Assembly: GCF_006345805.1 (NCBI RefSeq)
Contig: NC_043020.1
Coordinates: 7,564,001-7,628,000 of the forward strand
Reading direction: 5' to 3'
Source of the DNA: Octopus sinensis
Lineage: Eukaryota
DNA length: 64,000 bases
In this document: positions 51,299-63,670 of the stretch, piece after piece
How the letters are laid out: every line of letters starts with the position of its first letter
Numbering within the stretch: the stretch's first letter is position 1
The notes under the pieces: generated by a model
Seen by the model: the letters and a program-made list of their open reading frames with translations, nothing else
Databases searched by the model: none
Told to the model about the DNA's origin: nothing
Translations under genes and position numbers: made by a program

Positions 51299-52417
51299 GA
51301 AAAAGAACAGAAAAAGACAAATGAAGTTTCAGGCAATCAAAGAACCAAAAACCAAAAGAATGCTGATGTTTCTCCTAGCAAAAAAACCACTGCAAATAAC
51401 GGTGAGTCTGCTAAAGACCAAATTTCGGGGCAAGCAGCACCAGATGCGGGATTAGGGAATTCAACATCATCCTCCAAGGACTCTGATCAAAAGAACACCA
51501 CCACTGATGCTGAGGGAGAGAAGAAAGCCACTGATGAACCAAAGAACTCAAAGACAGTCGGGAAATCTGAGGAATCCCTTGCAGACAATCACGCCAACAC
51601 ACCGCCACCAGGGCAATTCTTTGCACAAGAAGAATCAAATAAACAGGTAGGAGATGGTAGTTCATCCGACTCTTCGAAAGCGTTCAATAATGATGGTGGA
51701 GCTGCTCAGAATGATGCCAAGGATAATGATGACCGAGTCGAGAGTCCAGAGGTGGAACCAACGAAAGACAGCAGAGCTGAAACCAATGACAGCAATGCCA
51801 AAGCAGATGACCAAAGAATATCCGACAATCAAACATCAAACAATGAATCTCCCGTGTCTGAACCCAATGCAGTTGAGAAAGATCCTTTTGAAAGCTCTGT
51901 TTCACCTGTAGGTGACGCTGACGGAAGAGAAGACTCTTTCTCGAGTAACAGGACAAAGAGTGATGACAATCTGAACGATAAACAACCTGAACAGGAGCCG
52001 GAGAATAAGAATGCTCAAAACAATCAAGGTTCATCTGGAGACAAAAGCAATACGAAAGACGCCGAAGAACTGGATAAACCCCTGAGTCCACAGGGACAAG
52101 ATGCCGTAAACAGCCCACCACTTGAGTCAAGTGTTGACCGAGAGCGCTCACCATCGGTACAGTCCCCACAGCTTTCAGAATCCCTTACGAGCGACCAGTT
52201 GTCGGAGAGCAAAGCGCAGGACAACAACAGCAGTGAAGTTCTGAAAGACGACAAAAATGCTTTGAACAGCAGCCAAGATGTGAACAACGTAGCAGATATT
52301 CAACAGAATGAAAGCCACAACAACAACACCGGGAATTCCAAAGAACTGGAGAAGCAATCAAATCCAAATGCTGATGAGAAAAATCCACCCAAAGTCCCAG
52401 CTTCAAATAATGGCTAA
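51299..52417 (+). CDS. DCDC2: Terminal coding exon: 372-aa S/D/N/E/K/Q-rich disordered tail
   Basis: Long T-rich tract + tcttgcag acceptor; phase 0; 1119-nt open frame of non-repetitive DNA ending in TAA. It is the real part of track ORF 51191..52417, whose first 36 codons are intronic. Confidence 0.85.
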   Translation, partial: EKEQKKTNEVSGNQRTKNQKNADVSPSKKTTANNGESAKDQISGQAAPDAGLGNSTSSSKDSDQKNTTTDAEGEKKATDEPKNSKTVGKSEESLADNHANTPPPGQFFAQEESNKQVGDGSSSDSSKAFNNDGGAAQNDAKDNDDRVESPEVEPTKDSRAETNDSNAKADDQRISDNQTSNNESPVSEPNAVEKDPFESSVSPVGDADGREDSFSSNRTKSDDNLNDKQPEQEPENKNAQNNQGSSGDKSNTKDAEELDKPLSPQGQDAVNSPPLESSVDRERSPSVQSPQLSESLTSDQLSESKAQDNNSSEVLKDDKNALNSSQDVNNVADIQQNESHNNNTGNSKELEKQSNPNADEKNPPKVPASNNG

Positions 52418-52930
52418 ACACACCTCAACATATATATAATAAATATATATATATATGTACATACATATGTGTATATATATATATACATATATATATATGT
52501 ATATATATATATAAATATACATATACATATATATACATATATATATGTACGCATACATGTGTATGCATAAATATATGTGTGCGTATGTATGTGCATATAT
52601 ATATATATATATATATATACATACACACACACATATATACACACATACTTATGTTTGTAGGTATTCTCTTCTATAATAATAATAATAATAATACAATATA
52701 AATCTAGCTTAGCCTTCTGTTATCTATACGGCTAATCTTGCATGTTAGGTTGGCCGACATATTTTGGAGATTGCTGCTCTGAATGTCTTTTAATGATATA
52801 TTTTGGGTTTTGCTTTTCGTATTTTGCTTCCTCGACTGGGAAAAGTCTGGGTAAGAACTGGGAGGGTATCTGGGTATTTATTGCTTATATCGTGCTTTTT
52901 TTTTTCACTCTGTTTCTCTCCCACTCTCTT

Positions 52931-53018
<88 letters not shown>

Positions 53019-53908
53019 TGCTACTTTTAGCAAAACAAAAAAAAATCCAGACTTGATGTTATTTCTAGTGTGTGTATGTGTTTGTATATATGTATGTTTG
53101 TGTATATATATAAAATAAAATAAATGCGCCCTTTTAAAGCCTAGCCAGGCTCATGGGCCTGGTTTCCCAGTTTCTATGGCGTATGTGTTCCCCAGCTGGA
53201 CAGGACGCCAGTCCATTGTAGCGTTACTCATTTTTGCCAGCTGAGTGAACTGGAGCAACGTGAAATGAAGTGCTTTGCTCAAGAATACAGAACACAACAC
53301 ATTGCCTGGGCCAGGAATCGAAACCACAATCTTACGATCATGATGCTGACACCCTAACCACAAAGCTACGTGCCTCCACTTGTGTATATATATGTGTGTG
53401 TATACATATATGTGTGTTTATGTATGTGCGTGTGTGTGCGTGCATGTATAGAAACCATACCAAAGCAGGCACTGGAGCACACTGTGTCCTTCAGACTTGT
53501 TGAATCCTCTCAAATAATACAACCCATTCCAGCATGGAAAATGGACATTAAAAGATGATGATGATGATGAGGAGGAGGAGGAGGATGTATACAGATATTG
53601 CAATATTACAGCTTTTTCCACCATCATTATTAGAAATACACAACACTATATAATACTATAACATAAATACTACATAGCCCAAGATTCTGGTTTGACCGAT
53701 CACTAGTATGTCATTCGAGTTACTTAAATCTACCAATTCAGGTGGTCAACAATCGGGACATCACTGTGGTGTAGTGGTTAGCAGTTTGTAGTAGATGTGG
53801 GTTTCAAATCCCACTGGCTACATTACGACTTCCCCCTCTCCCCTCTCTCTCTATCTATATATATATATATTGATCAAAATAAAATAAAAACATGATGCGA
53901 AGGATTCA

Positions 53909-53986
53909 GCGGTACATATGTTTCGGGCCTTTATTAGACAGATTTATAACAATGCATAATGTATGTCTGTGGCCTTCTTCAGCCGC
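53909..53986 (-). ncRNA. Type I hammerhead ribozyme motif
   Basis: Minus strand reads gcgg CTGAAGA aggcc-acaga...tctgt...ggccc GAAA CATATG TA ccgc: 4-bp stem I, same palindromic stem III as 3573-3578, GTA triplet, and an A-C mismatch at the base of stem II. Confidence 0.6.
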
Positions 53987-56091
53987 GCACAACAGCTTCC
54001 ACAAGGACATGTGTTACATCAAAAATTCTTGGTTGGGGATGCAAATCCCCTCATTCACGTACGACATAATGCGGCAGCAGCATAGAGTTGAAGCGTCCAT
54101 CTCTTTCTTCTCTCAATGTAGAATGAGGAAAATTGGATGTTGAGGTAATGTAAATAAATAAATACATATATAGAGGTGAAGATGGAGGGGCGAGAGTTCG
54201 GGACGAGGGATAAAAAATGTATAAAAAGTGTAAGTATAGAATAATATAAAAATGTAGAGGATAAAGGGTTGTAAGGAGATGTAAGGGGGGTATAAAGAAA
54301 TATAAAGTAAAAATAGAAATAGAAATAAAAGTAAAAAAACCTGATAAAAACATGATAAAAGTGTAAAAGAATGTAAAGATAAGGGATGTATAGAGGTTAT
54401 GGACCAAGCATGGTGGTCAGGAGATTGATAAAATTTAGTTGTAGAATTGTCAGTACATCAACAGTTTCGTCTGGGGACTTAATGTGTTGTAAATCAGAGC
54501 TGATGAGCATTTAATCTGGTTCCTTGAATTAAATGGACTTCTAGTACATACATATCATCATGGATATATACACCCACATACACGCGTACATATACGCCTC
54601 CAAGCCTATAAGCATACACACGCACTCGTGTGTAAACACGTACATAAACACACGCGCACCCACACGCACGCGCGTACACACACATACATACAACAGAATA
54701 TCCGCATATATACACGGACATTACGCGCGTACACGCTCACATGTATATACGCGCGCCCATCACTCCATACACACACGTATATGCCCACGCCTCTAGGTCC
54801 AGGTATAAGATATTAAAGGATGTGTATAAGAACGTATGTAAAGAATCCCGTACTCATGTCAATACGCGCACGCACACACGGCTGTGTGTCCGTATGTGCG
54901 TGCATATATACACTCATATACACACACAGAGACACATGCGCACATGGGTATAGCTATAAGATATCGAAGTATGCATGTACATATATGCGCGTGCATATGT
55001 ATGTATGCGTATACACACGTACGCGGACGCTCGTATATTCAAAAGGTGGATCCATAGGTAAGTAAATAAACATATATAGAGGTGTAAAGCGATAAGTTAG
55101 GGGTAAGAATGAGGGTAAGGGTAAAGATTAGAAATAAAAAATACAGTATAAAATAAGAAATACAATGTAATAGTTAGAAATGAAGTATAAGAATTATAAA
55201 AATTATAAGAGTTAAGGTAAGGGATGAAAATGAAAATGAGAATAAATGGAAGTAGAATAAAAGTAAAAATAAAATTAAAAATAAAAATAAAAATAAATGG
55301 AAGTAGGATAAAAGTAAAAATAAAAGTAAAAATAAAAATAAAATAAAATAAGATAAAAATATAATTTTGTAAAGTTTAACATGAGATGAAGGTGGTTGAA
55401 AGTTAGAGGTGTGTGTTAAACGTAGGGGCGGGGGGGGGGAACTGAAAATTGGAAGGGTGGGAAGTGGAGTTTGGCGGTGTGCGTTCAACATCTGAGTTAG
55501 AAATGTGAAAGGGTATAGATATAGGGAATTAAAGAGACTACATAGGGAGGATATGGGTGTAGGAGAAGAAATATTTAGGGAAAAGAAGTCATATATGGGA
55601 GACAAAATTTGTATATATAGGGGAAAATGCAGGGAACCCTATATGCACGTACACACCCACACACACACACACACACGCACATGTACATATATATGTATAT
55701 GTACACATACGTACACGTATGTGCACATACATACGCACACACACACACATACACATATACACGCACATATAGGAAAGCGGGATGTGCTGGAGCCGACAGG
55801 TTGCACCGGGTGGGAGGAAATTGCATGGGGGAGTTGGTATAAGACCTAAGCATTGTAGTATTTGAAAGTATTAATAAGTTTATGTATACAGGATGGTTTG
55901 AACTCTGACCTTTTGTTAATAAGATTGTGTTTGTCTTTGAATTTCAAGATGTTAAGGAGTTCTACACAGCATAGTTGGCATCCTGCTCTATTATTTAAAT
56001 AAGGTGCAGCTGATCCGATGATGGACCATCAGGGAATATTAATCCTAGCTTATATATATATATATATAATATATATATATATATAATATAT

Positions 56092-56292
56092 AAATTAGAA
56101 AGAACCACCTTTCTACCAATTATATACGTTATTCTACCAATTATATATGTTTTTATTATTTTTTTTGCAATTTACTTAATCATTGGTATTTTATTGTTAT
56201 TTTAATTTTAATATTTCTATTATATGTAATTTTCTAGATGGTGTAATTTAATTGTTCATTTTGAATTGATAAAAGGTGGTTCTTTCTAATTT
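56092..56292. mobile_element. AT-rich MITE-like element with perfect 21-bp TIRs between (TA)n runs
   Basis: AAATTAGAAAGAACCACCTTT ... AAAGGTGGTTCTTTCTAATTT. The internal part resembles 4190-4330 and 5010-5150. Confidence 0.65.
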
Positions 56293-56313
56293 TTTATATG
56301 TATATATACACAC

Positions 56314-56358
<45 letters not shown>

Positions 56359-56874
56359 TGTATATATATATATATTACAAAGAAGGAACGAACAAGCAAA
56401 ACATGTGGTATAACTTTAGAGTGCGTAGTTTATTAATTCAGCCATAGTTGCAGAGAAGTTAGAGTAAATAAGGGATTAAGAAATAATACATAAGTTGTTT
56501 TACAGCTGTTTCTGGAATAGCTGTGCATGTGGTGTACAGGCATTGAGCTGTGTGGTAAGGAGCTTGCTTCCCAAGCACATGCTTCCCGGTTGAGTCGCAC
56601 TGTGTGACACTTTCAGCAAGTGTCTTCTACTATAGTCTTTGAACGACCAAAGCCTTGTCAGTGGACTTGGTAGATGGAAACTGAAAGAAGCCTGTTGTAC
56701 ATACATTTATATGTCGCTTGACAACCAATATTGGTGTGTTTAAATCCCTGTAACTTAGCAGTCCAGCAGAAGGGACTGACAGAATAAGTACTAGGCTTAC
56801 TAAGGCAGTACTCCAGCATGGCCACAGTCAAATGACTGAAACAAGTAAAAGAACAAAAGAATATAAGTCAACTA

Positions 56875-56876
56875 TG

Positions 56877-56915
<39 letters not shown>

Positions 56916-56920
56916 CTCTC

Positions 56921-56967
<47 letters not shown>

Positions 56968-56992
56968 CTCTATCTATCTATCTATCTCTCTC

Positions 56993-57031
<39 letters not shown>

Positions 57032-57052
57032 CTCTATCTATCTATCTATCTC

Positions 57053-57103
<51 letters not shown>

Positions 57104-57104
57104 C

Positions 57105-57196
<92 letters not shown>

Positions 57197-57200
57197 ACTG
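56875..57200. repeat. (TATC)n microsatellite
   Basis: Directly visible; a complementary (GATA)n array lies at about 58960-59162. Confidence 0.97.
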
Positions 57201-58960
57201 TTTATCTATCTGTCTATCTGTATGTATGTATGTATGTATATGGATGTACATGTGTGTATAACTTTATATATGTTTACATACATATGTGTGTGAGTGTACC
57301 ATTAGTTTCATGTTAAGAAAAATATTTTGATATCTTAACAATTTTCAAGTTAGTCACTTGGAGGAATGTTCATTTCCATTATATATAAATATATATATAT
57401 ATATATATGGCTAAATTCCCTTCCTAATGTCAACTACTCTACAGAGTGTCCTCGGTGCTTTTTTTCATAGCACCAGCACCAAGGAGGTTGCTTTGTAACT
57501 CACAAAACTTAAGAGCCCCCCCCCCATACACACACACACTTTATAGGGAGAATAGAAGATAGAACAGTTGTTTTATGCAAGGTGTTGAGAGGTTAATGTT
57601 ATGATGGGAGAAGTAGGGAGGGCAGGTTTGTTGTGGGGGAGATTCATGGCTATCTCACATTTTACATGAATGGGTGGGGTGTGGCTGGAGTGATGCCACA
57701 AAGAGGTAAATGGGGTGGTGATGAGGTGCCAAAATAGACTCTTGAGGTCAATAGATAAGAGCCTGGGTACAAGAGAATCAGTAGGGGTGGGCAAGGTTAG
57801 AAGTGTGTGAGCAGAGTGAGAGATGGATATAAGCATGTAGTTGAGGTGATCAGGTATTTATAGGAGTGTGGCTGGAGTGATGTCACAAAGGGGTAAATTT
57901 GGGGGATGGCCACATTGTAGGACTGCAGAACAGTGGATGGACAATGGTGACAGAATGGACACCAAGGCAATGGACAAAATAAAGAGGTCAACAAAAGACG
58001 AGATGGGAAAATGATTTCACCCACTACTTGGGTCCTACATGGCCATGACTGACCAGAGACAGACAGTGGCAGAAGGAGTCCAGGGAGGGGGTTCCTTTTT
58101 TTCAGGAGTGATAAAGTCTTGGATAAGGAATAAAGGATGTAATGAATGGTGAACTGGGGTAGGAGGAGTGATTGATAGGAGGAGAAGGATGAGGATTGTA
58201 TGAATGGTAGACTGGTATCTATTGGAAGTGGATGAGAGAAGAGGGAGTTGTGACTGCTTGTACAAAAACTGTGATATGAAATGGTTCAGAGCAACAGGTC
58301 CTAATTTCATTGCTTAGAGCAGCAGAAGGAGCTGTGTGCTCAGGGGTTAGGCTATTTGGCTCACAGTCATAAGGTTGTGAGTTCGATTCCTGGTGGTGCA
58401 GTGTATCCTTGAGCAAGAGTCTTCATTTCATGTTGCTCCAGTCAATTCAGCTGGCAAATATGAATTGTACCTGTAATTCAAAAGGGGCCAGCCTTGTCAC
58501 TCTGAATCTCCCTGAGAACTGCATCAGGGTGTGCATGTGTCTGTGGGGCACTCAGCCACTTGCACATTAACTTCATGAGCAGACTGTTTGGTTTAATCAG
58601 ATCAACTGGAACCCTAATCGTCTAAACCGATGAAGTGCCACAGCAGCAGAATAATAATGCAGTAGGTAGGAGAGTGATGGAGGTTTTGAGTGATAAAGAG
58701 ATGAGGGAGGGGCAAGGTTAAGGGGTTAGGGGTTAGATTGAGAGATGGGTAAAACAGGGGTAGGCACAGACGATGGTAATGTGATGGGAAATATGGGAGA
58801 AGTATAAGGGTGGTAAGAGTGAAAGAGTGGCATTAATTGGATGTGGCCGCTCAGGGGAGGAGTTTGGAAAAAGAGAGAAAAATGCACAAACACACACACA
58901 CCTATAGATGCAGGTATTTGTGGTTAAGAAGTTTGTTTCCCAACCACATTGATTTGGGAA

Positions 58961-58998
<38 letters not shown>

Positions 58999-59534
58999 GG
59001 ATAGATAGATAGATAGAGGTAGATGAATAGATAGATAGATAGAGGTAGATGAATAGATAGACAGATAGAGGTAGATAGATAGATAGAGGTAGATAGATAG
59101 ATAGATAGAGGTAGATAGATAGATAGATAGGTAAAAAGAGGTAGATAGATAGATAGATAGATTTATTTAGAGGATATGTTAACCTCATAAAGGGATGGTT
59201 ACATCCAAAGGAATACTGGTTTGATAGCTAGTATTATTGAGGAATGAAATTCCCTTAAAACAATTGGTATATAGTAAGAATATAGTATATAGTAAGGATA
59301 TAAATGAAGAAAAGAAAATGGAGTTGAAAGTTAATAATTATTTATTTTTAACAAATTGGTAATCTTCACTTCTTACAACCATTTCCATTAGTACTCAATA
59401 ATCAAATTACAAATTTGCATCAAAATGCTATGAGTATAATTTCATCAGAGAAAAAAGACACACCTGAAGATGTTACATGCCGACCTATCAATTCATACCA
59501 GCAGACTCAGAATCTAACATACATACCTTCATAT

Positions 59535-59876
59535 ATATATGTATATATATTAAAAGACTCCGCCGATTACGACGACGAGGGTCCCAGCTGATACGATCAA
59601 CGGAACAGCTTGCTCGTGAAATTAACGTGCAAATGGCTGAGCATTCCACAGACACGTGTACCCTTAACGTAGTTCTCGGGGATAATCAGCGTGACACAGA
59701 GAGTGACAAGGCCGGCCCTTTGAAATACATGTACAACTCATTTTTGCCAGCTGAGTGGACTGGAGCAACGTGAAATAAAGTGTCTTGCTCAAGGACACAA
59801 CGCGTCGCCGGGAATCGAACTCACAACCTTACGATCATGAGCTGAATGCCCTAACCACTAAGCCACGCGCCCTCAC
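59535..59876 (-). mobile_element. Family C tRNA-headed SINE, full-length copy
   Basis: Head gagggcgcgtggcttagtggttagggcattc...gagttcgattccc, central ccttgagcaagacactttatttcacgttgctccag. Fragments occur at 140-290, 5604-5790, 19385-19530, 22760-22990, 26810-26990, 30625-30740, 31425-31530, 53150-53380 and 58330-58640. Confidence 0.82.
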
Positions 59877-60329
59877 ATGTATATATATTAATGAATGTAT
59901 GCATACACACATGCATGTATATGTTTGTACATAGATGGGTGTGTTAGTGTTTCTTTGACATCATGTGAAAGCTGTAAAAGAGCATCAGCATCATTACAAA
60001 GGAGCTCCTTTGTTTCTGCTCTTCAATGGGAAATATGTCCGGCCATGGGAAATAGGTAAGGGTTGACTGGCAGGAAGGGCGTCTGGCTGTCGAAAATCTG
60101 CCCCAACAAATTTCATCTGGCCCATTAAACATGGAAAAGTGGACATTAAACTGATGCTTATGTAAATATATATGGCAAAAATTGACCATCCCTGATTATA
60201 ACTATACACACTCAGATACACACACACACACACACATAGGCACAGGCATGGCTGTGTGGTAAGAAGTTTGCTTCCCAACCACATGGTTCTGGGTTCAGTC
60301 CTACTGCATGTCTGGGTCCCAGACATGCA

Positions 60330-61149
60330 GCTCGATGCCTGGGTCCCACATCAATTGAATGAGGATAAACTTGCCAAACCTGATTTCCATTATAGAAACG
60401 GGAAGAAAACGACCCTTTTTTTTTTTAAAGAGAATAGGGGTGGGGGACGAAAAATGGATTGTCTGTAACAATGTGAAGCATAAGCGATCCTGGAGGAAGC
60501 AAGGTGAACCATCACAATCACTCTTCAGAGCAGAATTTCACCTGAAGAAGGTTAGGCTTTCCGTTTGTTGTAATTGGAAGAGAGTGGTCATTTATGAGCT
60601 TCTTTCCATGACCAGGGCCATCAATTCACACCTGTAACTGTGACCAGCTGGACAAATTAAATGCTTCTTTCCATCAATTCACACCTGTAACTGTGACCAG
60701 CTGGACAAATTAAATGCAGCAATCCACCTGAACCATCCTTCACTTGCTAATCGTAAGGGCTTATTTCTTTCATCATGGCAGTGCCAGACTGCAGACTTCT
60801 TTGCAGATGCAGCTGAAGTTTCTGGGGCTTGGTGGGGAAGGTTTTGCCACACCCACCATTTTCACCTGACCTTGCATCTTCAGATTCCCACCTGTTTTGG
60901 TCTCTTCAAAATTCATTGAATGGACAAACCTTCATCTCTGAAGAGAATATAAAAATTCACCTGGAAAAATCCTTTACCAAGAAAGACAGGAAATTCTTTG
61001 AGTGGGGCACAATAAATCTATCCACAAGATGTCGGAAGATATTGGCACAAGACGGTAACTATATCAGTGATTGAATAAATCACTTCATGTTTAAAACTTG
61101 TGGTTTATTTTCGCTTAAAAACCGAATGGAATTTGTGGTGAACCCAGTA
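60330..61149 (+). mobile_element. Decayed mariner (DD34D) transposase and 3' TIR
   Basis: WVPHQL, GDEKWIV.NNVK.KRSW, and LPHPPFSPDLASSDSHLF (the WVPHEL and YSPDL motifs). The end aaaaccgaatggaatttgtggtgaacccagta resembles a mariner TIR. Confidence 0.87.
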
Positions 61150-61284
61150 CATAATTTTCAGAAACAAATATTTCATAGGCTCGGTTTTGTTTTACCACAT
61201 GTAGAAATTATCTCCCATGGACACAGGCTCTGATTTCAAACTTTTATTGGAAAGTAATCAAACACAGACACAATGTTATTCGTC

Positions 61285-61636
61285 ACGTGGGTGGAAGCAC
61301 TCTGTCAGTTACGACGATGAGGATCCGAATCAACGGAACAGCCTGCTCGTGAAATTAACGTGTAAGTGGCTGAGCACCCCACAGACACGTGCACCCTTAA
61401 CGTAGTTCTCGGGGATATTCAGCGTGACACAGAGAGTAACAAGGCCGGCCCTTTGAAATACAGGTACAACAGAAACAGGAAGTAAGAGTGAGAGAAAGTT
61501 GTGGTGAAAGAGTACCACAGGGATCACCACCATCCCCTGCCGGAGCTTTTAGGTGTTTTCGCTCAATAAACACTCACAACGCCCGGTCTGGGAATCGAAA
61601 CCGCGATCCTATGACCGCGAGTCCACTGCCCTAACC
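61285..61636 (-). mobile_element. tRNA-headed SINE sharing its 3' half with family C
   Basis: Head ggaggcgcaatggcccagtggttagggc...ggtttcgattccc with a different central part but the same ggccggcc...cacgctga...aagggt...cacgag tail as 59535-59740. A fragment lies at 15030-15170. Confidence 0.75.
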
Positions 61637-62499
61637 ACTGGGCCATTGCGCCTCCACCATTCGTCACGTACACACACACTCGCATGAAAAAAGAAACTTG
61701 GAAGTCAGAGCTTGTTTGCAAGGGAGATAATTGCTACAGGACTTTACCGTAAACAAAACTGTTCTCTCCATGTGTTTATCAACTTTTACATTCTGGAAAA
61801 ATAAAAGATACGCATATATATATATATATATATATATATCAGTCTTCACAAGCAGATAGTTTCTGTGTAACAGATGGACTACTAAAAGAGACGAAATGAT
61901 TTGAGGTTCTACTCCTAGGGGCAAAAACGTGAAAGCTGTCCAAAGATATTTATATTCATGGATGGTCCTAGAAGGACCAGTACTTAACTTCGGGATTGAA
62001 AGTCATTATACTACCATCTGAACTGAATGCTACTGTATAGTACCAAAGATACCATCCTCTACATCTAGAATAAGGACCCAGTATTGTAACAGCTAAGGTT
62101 CAAGGGTCAGCAACTTTTCAATCCCTTGCTGAAAAACCTCAGAGTTTTATGAAGTCTAGATACATTCGGAAAAACATCCAATTCTGAACTTCTTGGATCT
62201 TGAAGGCGTGTGATGCCATTCCATGAACTGAGTCGTTATTTCTGGATCATAAAAGATATAGTTACGTTTCTTCCCCTAAATGTGTCTTCATTTAGCTGCA
62301 AATGCGTCCAGCAGGTCAGAGTAGATTTCTACCTTCTTCAAACGGAGCATCAACCAGCAAGGTTACCACTTTCTGATACCCAGATTCTTCCACTATCTTC
62401 TGTAATGCATTATAACCATATTCCAGTTGTGCAACATCCTCTCAGGTTGTGGTTTGTCTGTCTGAATCCATCCATAGATATGAAGAGAAAAAAGTGCAT

Positions 62500-63670
62500 A
62501 AGTCTGTCAGGCATAGTATTGAGGAATTTTGGGAAGTATGGAATTTTTAAAGGATGCTGTGTCCTCACAGCTTACAACTGTCTTGTTTTGACAATTCTGA
62601 GCTTGAAAAAATATGTCTGAAAGTCTGCACCTTTTTTGATTTTGTAAGCATGTTGAGCGATGATAGAGATATCGAATTAAAAAATGGTGGCCACGGTCGA
62701 TGTTGGAAAGATGGTGAATAATTTTTTGGGCTTCTACCAAATCAGCTGCTAGACATGATCACTTGCCCCGAGAAGCAAGATATTCAAGATATGGTAAGTG
62801 ACAGACAGAGAGCATTTGTTTAATTGCAAGTTCCTGAACAATTTCCATCAGATTGAGATTCTGGACAAGATGAGAGTTCCAGGCTGGAGATGCAAACTGT
62901 AAGTCTTAGCTTTAAAGAGATAACTGGTGAACAAATGCCAGAGGTCTTCGTGAGTGATGCCAAGACATTTTTGGTCTTTTTAACAATTTTAGATATAAGT
63001 TTCATCCATCACTGATCATTGCTGATGATTATTTCCCAGGTCACATTTACCAGCAAACTTCTTAAGGTTGGTTTTGTGGAGGAAGTTGGTAAATTCCAAT
63101 TTTTTTTCTTCCTGAAGTGTACTGTGATGTATTTGTCCAGAGACAGCTTGAGTTGTCAGTGAGTAATCCATTGCTGAATTGTGTCCAGGTCAGATCCAAG
63201 AAAGATCTATGGCACATAGTCATTTTTTTTATCTCCATGTACAGTTTAATGTCATCTATGTATTCTAATACAGTGACATGCTTCAAGTTGGCATCTATTT
63301 TATTAATATATACAACAAATTACAGGGGACCAAGGACAGTTCCTTGCAAGACACCAGATGTCATTTCATAACTGCAGAATGTTGTTCTAGTACTGCAACC
63401 ACCTCTTTTCAGCTAAGAATAAGGGACGTCAACCAGTTATAAACGTGAGTCCTTCACACAGAAGCTAATGTTTATTGAGCTTCACCATGAGTCAGTTGCA
63501 TGGCACAGAATTAAAGGCTTTGGCAAAGTCAAGAGAGATAACATCAACCCATGAGATGCCGTCTGTGATTCAGGTTATGTCTTTAAGAAACTTGATGAGT
63601 TGGTCACAGTAGCTGGAGTTCAAAATAAATTGAAACTGTGAGGGATGAATAAGGTTATGAGAGTTCTGAA
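62500..63670 (-). mobile_element. Decayed CR1-group LINE reverse transcriptase
   Basis: Minus-strand translation gives DVISLDFAKAF, SGVLQGTVLGPL*FVVYINKI, YIDDIKLY, ISKIVKK, DLVEAQKII and VVSCEDTASFKN, interrupted by stops and frameshifts. Confidence 0.8.

Larger units (their letters stand above)
10765..52417 (+). other. DCDC2: DCDC2-like doublecortin-domain gene (5' part lies upstream of the first identifiable exon); 8 visible coding exons
   Basis: Eight AG/GT-bounded exons join with matching phases (2,2,2,1,0,0,0) into one open frame of about 599 aa ending at TAA 52415-52417. It contains a DCX domain (VFPNG...RLYTLDG...GTMYVAASHREKFKPGPY) and the DCDC2-type motif DQGGVFKA...TKMEVPVDNMAAEQINEE. 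Introns are 714, 7276, 9386, 1715, 1221, 13302 and 6238 nt. Orthology versus DCDC2B/2C-like paralogues was not tested. Confidence 0.85.

Noticed and set aside
52437-52442. AATAAA as the poly(A) signal
   Set aside because: Embedded in a (TA)n tract, and other AATAAA hexamers occur near 53113-53124; cannot be chosen without 3'-end data.
54495-54545. CTGATGA followed by the stem catttaa/ttaaatg
   Set aside because: No GAAA after the stem, so not a hammerhead. CTGATGA/CTGAAGA hits at 15374, 20872, 23742, 36504 and 45624 likewise lack stems or a valid cleavage triplet.
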